Of a stretch of DNA of 64,000 bases, positions 46,001 through 52,210 are shown one piece after another. Both the position numbers and the translations under genes were made by a program. Location: positions 895 through 64,894 of the forward strand of contig JABIWU010000051.1 in NCBI GenBank assembly GCA_018701395.1, in the 5' to 3' direction. Every line of letters begins with the position of its first letter. Position 1 is the stretch's first letter. This stretch comes from Phycisphaerae bacterium. Its GTDB lineage: Bacteria; Planctomycetota; Phycisphaerae; Phycisphaerales; SM1A02. Below the pieces are notes generated by a model. The model searched no databases, was not told where the DNA came from, and saw only the letters and a program-made list of their open reading frames with translations.

Positions 46001-46827
46001 CGCGCGATATGGTTGTGTACGAAGGAAATCAACCAGTCCATCTTGCAGAAAACCCGGCGTACAAAGCAGCGAGCAATACTGAAAAACCACTCGCATCCAA
46101 AGCGTGGCTTGGTGGGGCGATGGCGATTAAAGAAGACACGTCAGCCACGTTCCGTACTGCCTCTGCAAGCAATTTGCTGATTGTCGGTCAACAAGATGAA
46201 ACAACAACTTGCATGTTATCGAGTGTATTGCAATCGCTTGATAAGCAGTTCCCAAAAGGGGATGCTACGTTCTACTTGCTTGATGGCACCCCGCAAGATC
46301 AACCACATGCTTCAATTCTTCCAGATACTGTTCATTCGATGTCGATTCCCCCAACGCTCGTTGGCGTGCGAGATATTGAAGGAGCAATGGCAACACTCTA
46401 CGCTGAGTTACAAAAAAGACTTTCAGATGGAGTAAGTGATTCACCAACTGTTTTCCTTTGCATCAATGCACTGCATCGCTTCAGAGACATGCGCCGCAAC
46501 GAAGATGATTACGGATTTTCAACGGGCGATGAAGAAAAGCAAAAAACACCTGCTCAGGTGCTTGCTGAATTACTCAAGGAAGGCCCGACGCTCGACATGC
46601 ATGTCATCGTTTCAACCGATACTCTCTCCAACCTGAACAGAGCGTTCGATAGACAGTCGTTGCGAGAGTTTGATATGCGCGTCCTCTTGCAGATGGGTGC
46701 GAACGATTCCACAAATCTTATCGATATGCCAGATGCTTCGAAACTTGGCATGCACCGTGCTCTTCTCTATAGTGAAGAAACTGGTACAATAGAACCCTTC
46801 AGGCCGTATGCTTATCCCGAAAGTTAA
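43030..46827 (+). CDS. Membrane-anchored FtsK/SpoIIIE-family ATPase with three P-loop domains (EssC/EccC-like)
   Basis: 1265 aa. It has a ~200-aa N-terminal coiled coil, a TM hairpin (about 43654-43800) and a second coiled-coil region. Three FtsK-like domains follow. D-a is degenerate (STGKRRSDS; RFLVIADLP). D-b is canonical, with Walker A GKTGSGKST (45295-45321) and Walker B LLIIDEFQEL (45601-45630). D-c is degenerate (LLIVGQQDETTT; VFLCINALHRF). Confidence 0.85.
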   Translation: MTKSSLQHQKKQIAFVRSLIRETTSSELELQNRIKIERASAIELQKQNLEACVEKFKQKRETAGQRKEGTITEVQDRRELEPELLKQKNDQRIVEINSQAEDLTEDTETKLGEAIWLAESVFEGAISVPRERAQEEQNALEDCKEALHLLIEEAPKTLSKLRQKQDTHLTECTKTADDTMANYVKGATEALGAIQNDPKAKWCSGFRPVLVVGIAAAAGVGVGGAYTNWALTLPFFAFAIGAILISVLAIIFTFASGRNSVKKKYAQFSSCIQSAKLSYETSRNSIDVKRRAEEKGITTTRDIEIKKAEDKYKPRLDNVERLLKKDIDKEKVKFKSVGAKLATKIETDLAEASSTFEASIVKCNSDEQAEIDQIKTTFTETMQSIDNEERDTMEALSNRWNSNFASFHADTDSQIQSAISNHPTWDSSWDAWEPPAQSIMDVPVGAFEVDLANIAGNLPCSESFQLQEATVISLPLNATLPNHTSVLVSSTGKRRSDSIAFLQSTVLRMLTSIPPGKVKFTLIDPVGLGQSFASVLHLSDYEESQLLDRAWTEPRHIETQLARLTEHMETVIQKYLRNEFESIDAYNEQAGEIAEPYRFLVIADLPNNFSETAAKRLTSIITSGARCGVHVIIHRDISLPLPAGIDEDTLRRISVRIVEDDARFCIDEEELRDLPLTIESPPAEDIASAIVKQVGETADSTHRVEVPFSVISPAADKIWSRSTKDKVEIPLGKSGATRLQNLTLGRGTAQHALIAGKTGSGKSTLLHVLITNLALWYSPDEIEFYLVDFKKGVEFKTYATHKLPHARVVAVESDREFGISVLQRIDAELKRRGELFRELGVQDIAGFRDKSTERMPRILLIIDEFQELFVDDDRVAQEASLLLDRLVRQGRAFGIHAIMGSQTLDGAYTLSRSTMGQMAVRVALQCSEQDSYIILNEDNAAARLLSRPGEAIYNDAAGNIEGNSPFQVVWLNDKEREMFIKDLITRDKGNARDMVVYEGNQPVHLAENPAYKAASNTEKPLASKAWLGGAMAIKEDTSATFRTASASNLLIVGQQDETTTCMLSSVLQSLDKQFPKGDATFYLLDGTPQDQPHASILPDTVHSMSIPPTLVGVRDIEGAMATLYAELQKRLSDGVSDSPTVFLCINALHRFRDMRRNEDDYGFSTGDEEKQKTPAQVLAELLKEGPTLDMHVIVSTDTLSNLNRAFDRQSLREFDMRVLLQMGANDSTNLIDMPDASKLGMHRALLYSEETGTIEPFRPYAYPES

Positions 46828-46957
46828 CATTAGTCGACCGACGAAAAAAGCAAAAAAATACACCTGAAAAACTAAGGGCCATTAGCTCAGTTGGCTAGAG
46901 CGCTTCGTTTACACCGAAGAAGTCACAGGTTCGAGTCCTGTATGGCCCATTAGTCGA
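46828..46957. repeat. 10-bp exact direct repeat CATTAGTCGA flanking tRNA-Val
   Basis: Copy 1 is at 46828-46837, directly after the ATPase stop codon. Copy 2 is at 46948-46957, starting with the last two nt of the tRNA. The tRNA 5' end also contains CCATTAG. Confidence 0.7.
46876..46949 (+). tRNA. tRNA-Val (anticodon UAC)
   Basis: Hand-folded cloverleaf, 74 nt: acceptor GGGCCAT/ATGGCCC, D stem GCTC/GAGC, anticodon stem CTTCG/CGAAG with loop TTTACAC, 5-nt variable loop, T stem ACAGG/CCTGT with loop TTCGAGT, discriminator A. CCA is not encoded. Confidence 0.9.
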
Positions 46958-47230
46958 GTTGCTAGAAGTAACCAACTTCCTGCAACTACTTGCAACAAAA
47001 GGAACTACATCTTTCGGGTTGTGTGACGTTTCCGCTCGTTTACCCCTATTTCCGCTACCTACTGCAACGCTCGCATAGTCATCTTCAGTCACTTGCAAGT
47101 AATGTTCGTTTGCAACCTTTGGCGAGTTTCCCATCCAGCATGCAACAACATGTACAGGCAATTCACGAGTAAGTTCAGTCTGTCGAGTTGAACGTAGGTT
47201 CTGCTTGAACAGTTGACGGCATTGTGTTTT
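46950..47230 (-). pseudogene. Tyrosine recombinase (phage-type integrase) C-terminal remnant
   Basis: The minus-strand translation LFKQNLRSTRQTELTRELPVHVVACWMGNSPKVANEHYLQVTEDDY (about 47063-47221) matches the C-terminal catalytic region (R...H...Y) of planctomycete-type integrases. The ~300 N-terminal residues are missing, and the frame runs on into the tRNA antisense. Confidence 0.7.
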
Positions 47231-47273
47231 TCTGTTCAATCTGATGCATAATGCACAGTGAAGGTGCATCGAA

Positions 47274-47522
47274 GTGGCAGATAAAAAATACGAACAACTG
47301 AAAAGTAAAACTATCCTAACAATTCTATGTTCACTACTTTTCTCCTGCGTTAATCTTGGTGAGAAGTATGTCACGATACGATTGCCTCATCCAGAAAAAA
47401 TAAAAGTAGTCAAGATTTCAGATGTAGAGTGGAGTGAATCAGAAAATGGATATCGCACAGACGGTTGGTGCATTATGAGTCTAGAGGACTATGAAAAGGT
47501 TGATGCATATATGAATAAATAA
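47274..47522 (+). CDS. Small hypothetical lipoprotein
   Basis: 82 aa from a GTG start, with lipobox-like LLFSC after a hydrophobic stretch. A hairpin plus T-run lies 10 nt after the stop. No homologue was recognised. Confidence 0.45.
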   Translation: MADKKYEQLKSKTILTILCSLLFSCVNLGEKYVTIRLPHPEKIKVVKISDVEWSESENGYRTDGWCIMSLEDYEKVDAYMNK

Positions 47523-47531
47523 TCCTCAACT

Positions 47532-47566
47532 CAACCCCTCTGTCCTCGCAGTGGGGTTGGATTTTT
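47532..47566 (+). terminator. Candidate intrinsic terminator
   Basis: CAACCCC (47532-47538) pairs with GGGGTTG (47553-47559) around a 14-nt loop, followed by GATTTTTG. Confidence 0.5.
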
Positions 47567-47690
47567 GTGAAAAAAAAATAAATCTGTTTTTTTCAGAATA
47601 ATCGTATTTAGTTTTGGATTCGGCACTCCTATATCAACAGAGTAGTTAAATCAACAAGAAATCCGAATCACACACATAGAGGAGCTAGTA

Positions 47691-49154
47691 ATGAAACACC
47701 TTATTTGCAATTTAGTACTCGTGGTTGGATTTACAGCCCAAATTGCTTCGGGGCAGTTCTTAGACTGCATAGCATCAGGGCCAACTTTTGTAGGGGATAG
47801 GGTTGAATTGGTCACGAGTGTAAGCAGTAATACTCAACTTATCGCTGGCTCAACAGGTACTGTCGTTTGCGGTGGGGTCGGCACAATGGTTATGGTTGAG
47901 TGGGATAATGTAAACAATGGCAGTGATGGAAGCGGTATTTGCCAATGTGGTGATCTTGACGGCATCCAAGGAAGTACACAGTGTTGGGGTGTGAGTATAT
48001 ATAACATCGTAATCGCCAACCAATTTAATCGATGGACTGTCAATGGCAGTGGCGGTATTGCCGATTTCGACACAATTCAAGAAGCAATTGATTTCGCCTC
48101 CGGTGGTGATGAGGTTGCTGTTTACCCCGGCACATACACTAGCACTAGAAATAATGTCGTTAATATCGAAAATCCAATTCGATTATTCAGTATTGGCGGA
48201 CCGAGCGAGACGATAATTAGTGGAGGCAATAGGAGGCGGGGCATTGCCTGTAGCGCTGAAGCCTCAATTGAGGGGTTTAACATTTCCAATTGCGAAGCTG
48301 CAGGTCTTGTGGGTGGTGGAATCCGGACCAATGAACCAATTACAGTAGTAAATTGTATTTTTGAATACAATCTCGCTGATTCGGGTGGTGGAATCTTCAG
48401 CAGTGGTGGAAATGTGTATGTAAGTGATTGTGTCTTCAGAAACAACTCCGCAGATATTGGTGCGGGAATGTTCTTATTAAACGGAACGCAAGAAATTATT
48501 AATTGTTCGTTTGAAACCAACATCGCGAATTTTGATGGCGGTGGTGCATTGGTCATGAGTGGGAATGCGTCCATTACTGATTGCGTATTCGTCAACAATT
48601 TATCGTATAGAAATGGTGGTGGGCTTGCGGTATATAGTTGTCTCCCTACAAGCACTTTTTTTGGTACAGAATTCATAAATAACGCCGCAAAAAATATTGG
48701 TGGAGGTTGCTATTTAAATAATTCCTCACCTACCATGTTGAATGGTGATTTCACTTCAAACGACGCTCAGAGCGTTGGTGGTGGCATTGGAATCGAAAAT
48801 TTTAGTTTCCCCAACATTAATCAACACGCCATCACCCAAAACACCGCAAGCGCAGGAGGAGGTATATATGTCGAAATGAACAGTATCGCTTCCCTTGAAA
48901 ATACGACTGTTTGCAATAACATTCCAGACCAAATACTTGGGGATTGGGTAGACATCGGCGGAAACTGGGTGGATGATGTTTGCCTACCAAACTGTCCTTG
49001 TGATTTCGATGGAAACAATGTTGTGGATATTTATGACATCCTTATCGTAGTGGGGCAATATGGTGGAACCGGTCCGCTCGGTGACTGCAATGGCGATGGC
49101 GTTGTTAATGTAGTTGACATCGTTCTTACCATTTCCGATCTGGGTCCCTGTTAA
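47691..49154 (+). CDS. Secreted right-handed beta-helix (PbH1-repeat) protein with C-terminal dockerin-like Ca-binding module
   Basis: AGGAG lies upstream and the signal is MKHLICNLVLVVGFTAQIASG. There are at least 8 tandem ~22-25-aa repeats with G-G-G-I/A cores (SGGGIFSSGGNV, DGGGALVMSGNA, NGGGLAVYS, IGGGCYLNN, VGGGIGIEN, AGGGIYVEM). The C-terminus has DFDGNNVVDIYD and DCNGDGVVNVVD (about 48993-49151). Confidence 0.8.
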   Translation: MKHLICNLVLVVGFTAQIASGQFLDCIASGPTFVGDRVELVTSVSSNTQLIAGSTGTVVCGGVGTMVMVEWDNVNNGSDGSGICQCGDLDGIQGSTQCWGVSIYNIVIANQFNRWTVNGSGGIADFDTIQEAIDFASGGDEVAVYPGTYTSTRNNVVNIENPIRLFSIGGPSETIISGGNRRRGIACSAEASIEGFNISNCEAAGLVGGGIRTNEPITVVNCIFEYNLADSGGGIFSSGGNVYVSDCVFRNNSADIGAGMFLLNGTQEIINCSFETNIANFDGGGALVMSGNASITDCVFVNNLSYRNGGGLAVYSCLPTSTFFGTEFINNAAKNIGGGCYLNNSSPTMLNGDFTSNDAQSVGGGIGIENFSFPNINQHAITQNTASAGGGIYVEMNSIASLENTTVCNNIPDQILGDWVDIGGNWVDDVCLPNCPCDFDGNNVVDIYDILIVVGQYGGTGPLGDCNGDGVVNVVDIVLTISDLGPC

Positions 49155-49179
49155 TTTACTTCCGAAAGGACAATAACAA

Positions 49180-49473
49180 ATGACTCGTGACAACAAACGA
49201 GCCCATGAGATTTTTTAAGCTGCAAAGGTATTACCTTCAGCTGAGCGTGAACCGTTCCTTGATAGAGAATGCGGCGAGGGCGACGAGTTGCGTGCTGAAG
49301 TTGAATCGTTGCTTGAACAGCACTTCACCTCTGCACAAACAGTTCAATCCAGTGAACAATCAAGTGACACCACATTCCAAATGGTGGGAGTGTTGACAAC
49401 TTCCTGGTGTTGCGGAGGCAGTGTTGACAATACATTCCAGATGATGTGGGTGTTGACAACACAATTCGTCTGA
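49180..49473 (+). pseudogene. Fragment of a Ser/Thr-kinase-type N-terminal domain, disrupted by an in-frame TAA
   Basis: Hand translation: MTRDNKRAHEIF*AAKVLPSAEREPFLDRECGEGDELRAEVESLLEQH... This is the conserved N-terminal helix pair of PVC/Acidobacteria protein kinases. The stop at 49216-49218 sits where a Leu (TTA) is expected, and no kinase domain follows. Confidence 0.6.
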
Positions 49474-50250
49474 TCGTGCTGGAGCATTGGATGTAACTTC
49501 ACCTTTGTCGTTTACGGCAATAATTTCACCTCCATAATTTTTAGTATTCTCAACTACTAAATTTGGAAGTATTGCATCCGCCCAAAGTTGATAACCCGCT
49601 TCACTCAAGTGCAAATAATCAGGCATAATGGATGTGCTGATTTCGCCGTTTGATTCCGTAAACAAATGTCCAATCTGCAAAACATGAACATCTTCGTCTT
49701 CAGCAAATTTTGATTGTAAAATTTGATTAACTTGAAGAATTGAACCTCGCATTGCATTAAATGTTTTTCCCCTTGGAAAAATGTCCAATAATACTATTTT
49801 CATTGCAGGAAACAGTTCTTTTAATTTTTCTACAACTGCAACTACACCAAGAAGAACTTCGCCCTCATCATCAGGATTGGATTGACCAAAATTATTTGTC
49901 CCAATCATAACAACTGCAAAATCTGGGCAAACTCCGCCAAAATTAGTTTTCTCTAATCGCCAAAGTACATGTTCGGTGCGATCTCCACCAATTCCAAAAT
50001 TCAAAGCTCCAAGTGGTGCAATCATTTCTTTCCAGACTGCACTTCCAGCGCCTTCCCAACCTTGAGTTATTGAATCACCCACAAAAAGTACATGCGAATC
50101 ATCCCCAGCCTTATCAATTTCAGTTTGAATTTTTGAACAACGTTGCACCCACCATTGGTCACCTCTACTAACTGGCGTAACTGAAGATGAATCATTAGCG
50201 AAGCAAACAAGTGCAATAAGAAGTAGTTTGAACATACTCGAAGTATACAC
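49360..50250 (-). CDS. SGNH/GDSL hydrolase (PAF-acetylhydrolase-like) with Cys/His-rich repeated C-terminal tail
   Basis: Signal MFKLLLIALVCFA, block I VLFVGDSITQGW, GIGGDRTEH and MIGTNN. The tail is CCQHPHHLEC...CQHSHHLEC, encoded by the 49370-49460 repeat. Confidence 0.8.
   Translation of the reverse strand: MYTSSMFKLLLIALVCFANDSSSVTPVSRGDQWWVQRCSKIQTEIDKAGDDSHVLFVGDSITQGWEGAGSAVWKEMIAPLGALNFGIGGDRTEHVLWRLEKTNFGGVCPDFAVVMIGTNNFGQSNPDDEGEVLLGVVAVVEKLKELFPAMKIVLLDIFPRGKTFNAMRGSILQVNQILQSKFAEDEDVHVLQIGHLFTESNGEISTSIMPDYLHLSEAGYQLWADAILPNLVVENTKNYGGEIIAVNDKGEVTSNAPARSDELCCQHPHHLECIVNTASATPGSCQHSHHLECGVT
49370..49460. repeat. Imperfect 30-bp direct repeat containing GTGTTGACAA(C/T) three times
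   Basis: cacattccaaatggtgggagtgttgacaac (49370-49399) and tacattccagatgatgtgggtgttgacaac (49431-49460) match at 25/30 positions. A third gtgttgacaa lies at 49421-49430. Confidence 0.7.
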
Positions 50251-50255
50251 TATTG

Positions 50256-52103
50256 TTATTTGTTTTTACGTGCAATCTGCTTTCGTCTAGTTTCGCTCAG
50301 TTCTCTTTTTCGAACTCGAATTGCATCTGGTGTTATTTCAACAAGTTCATCATCTTGAATATATTCAAGAGCAGATTCAAGCGTAATATCTCGAGAGGAT
50401 TTAAGCACAGTGGTCGCTTCTTTGTTTGCTTCTCGGACATTGGAGAATGCTTTCCCTTTGACGATATTCACTTCAAGATCATTATCGCGAGAGTTTTCGC
50501 CAACAATTTGACCGCCATAAATAACCTCTTGCGGCTCAACAAACAAAACTCCTCGTTGAGAAATATTCAACATCGCATAGGTCGTCGCTTGCCCAGGAGC
50601 AGTTGCAATTAGAACGCCAGTTGGTCTTCGATACATAGTTGTTCGTGATGGTGCATATTTCTGAAAACAGTGGTACATCACCGCTTCACCTGCCGTTGCT
50701 GTCAACATATGACTCCGCAATCCAATCAATCCACGAGCTGGAATTTCGCACTCAATATGCATTCGATCGCCACGCTGTTCAAGCGATTGGACTTCCCCAC
50801 CACGAAGGCCTAGCAATTCCATCGCTGCGCCAACATGGGAATCGTCAACATCAATGGTCAACAACTCAATTGGCTCACAATTCACGCCATCAATTATTTT
50901 TTCAATAACTTGAGGACGCCCGACCGTTAATTCATATCCTTCACGTCGCATATTCTCAAGAAGAATGCCTAGGTGTAATAGCCCCCTGCCAGATACTTTG
51001 AATTCTTCCGAACTATCGCCCGCTTCAACACGAAGTGCCAAGTTGCTTCGTAATTCTCGTTGCAAACGATCAGAAATTTGACGAGAGGTCACAAACTTTC
51101 CCGAAGTACCCGCATTTGGCGAATCGTTTACGCGAAAGAGCATGTGCAATGTTGGTTCATCAACGGCAATACGAGCAATCGGATTTGGTTGCTCTGGGCA
51201 AGCAATAGTATCCCCAATTTCAAAATCACCAATGCCTTCAACAGCGCATAAATCTCCTACAGAAACAAGTTCGGCTGGAACTTTTCCTAAATCCTTAAAA
51301 CGATACACTTTTTGCGCTCTTGCTTGTCGATGCTTATGTTCATGACAAATAGTAACTGCTTGACCTGCTGAAAGTGCACCTGCCATAATTCTTCCGATTG
51401 CAATTCGTCCTGCATACGGAGAGTAGTCCGAACTTGCAATAAGCATTTGCAATGGAACGTCAGCATACCCAACTGGTGATGGCAAATACTTCAATACTGC
51501 ATCAAGCAAGGGCTGCATATCTCCTTCGTGCACGCCTCCTTCTTCGCTTGACCAACCATCGCGACCTGATGCATAAATAACGTGAAAATCTAATCGTTCG
51601 TCGCTTGCGTTGAGTGCCACGAGCAAGTCAAAAACTTCGTTAACTACTTCATCAACCCGAGCATTTGGGCGATCGCATTTATTAACTACAACTATGATTG
51701 GATGGTCTAGTTCAAGTGCTTTGCCAAGAACGAATCTTGTTTGTGGCATTGGCCCTTCAAAAGCATCAACCAATAACAAAACTCCATCTGCCATTTTCAA
51801 AACTCGTTCAACTTCACCGCCAAAATCTGCGTGCCCTGGTGTATCAATAATATTAATCCGACAAGTTTTATTCGCGTGTTCACCGGAACTTGGCCTGTAC
51901 GTAACTGCACAGTTTTTCGAAGTAATCGTGATGCCCCGCTCTTTTTCAAGTGGATCAGAGTCAAGAATGCAATCGGATTCGACTCTGTTTAAAGACATAG
52001 CACCACAAAAAGCAAGCAATGAATCAACGAGGGTTGTCTTGCCATGGTCAACGTGTGCAACAATTGCAACATTTCGTAAGTTTGGATCAGCAGTGTGGAG
52101 CAT
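50256..52103 (-). CDS. typA: Translational GTPase TypA/BipA
   Basis: AIVAHVDHGKTT, DTPGHADFGGEVER and NKCDR. 615 aa with the BipA-type C-terminal domain. Confidence 0.95.
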   Translation of the reverse strand: MLHTADPNLRNVAIVAHVDHGKTTLVDSLLAFCGAMSLNRVESDCILDSDPLEKERGITITSKNCAVTYRPSSGEHANKTCRINIIDTPGHADFGGEVERVLKMADGVLLLVDAFEGPMPQTRFVLGKALELDHPIIVVVNKCDRPNARVDEVVNEVFDLLVALNASDERLDFHVIYASGRDGWSSEEGGVHEGDMQPLLDAVLKYLPSPVGYADVPLQMLIASSDYSPYAGRIAIGRIMAGALSAGQAVTICHEHKHRQARAQKVYRFKDLGKVPAELVSVGDLCAVEGIGDFEIGDTIACPEQPNPIARIAVDEPTLHMLFRVNDSPNAGTSGKFVTSRQISDRLQRELRSNLALRVEAGDSSEEFKVSGRGLLHLGILLENMRREGYELTVGRPQVIEKIIDGVNCEPIELLTIDVDDSHVGAAMELLGLRGGEVQSLEQRGDRMHIECEIPARGLIGLRSHMLTATAGEAVMYHCFQKYAPSRTTMYRRPTGVLIATAPGQATTYAMLNISQRGVLFVEPQEVIYGGQIVGENSRDNDLEVNIVKGKAFSNVREANKEATTVLKSSRDITLESALEYIQDDELVEITPDAIRVRKRELSETRRKQIARKNK

Positions 52104-52210
52104 TTTATCTTCCTACAAAAAAAGGGTAGCCCCATATTCTACCTGAACAACGTGTACCAGGTACAGAATCGTCTGATACACTTACACCCAACCATAACTG
52201 GGGAACTCAC

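Noticed and set aside
43030-46827. The large ATPase being the housekeeping cell-division FtsK or a conjugative DNA translocase
   Set aside because: It lacks the four-TM N-terminal domain, the long Pro/Gln linker and the C-terminal gamma (KOPS-binding) domain of FtsK. It has three tandem P-loop domains rather than one. No relaxase, T4SS or parB-like genes are nearby. The adjacency to two WXG-like genes fits EssC/EccC better. This has not been excluded by a database search.
46895-47374. 159-aa minus-strand ORF taken as an intact gene
   Set aside because: Only its middle part is integrase-like. Its 3' end is just the antisense of tRNA-Val, and its 5' end overlaps the small plus-strand ORF. I interpret it as a pseudogene remnant, not a functional CDS.
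48993-49151. Dockerin-like module implying a cellulosome
   Set aside because: No cohesin/scaffoldin or glycoside hydrolase genes are in the window. Dockerin-like Ca-loops occur widely as generic interaction or anchoring modules, so I kept only a structural annotation.
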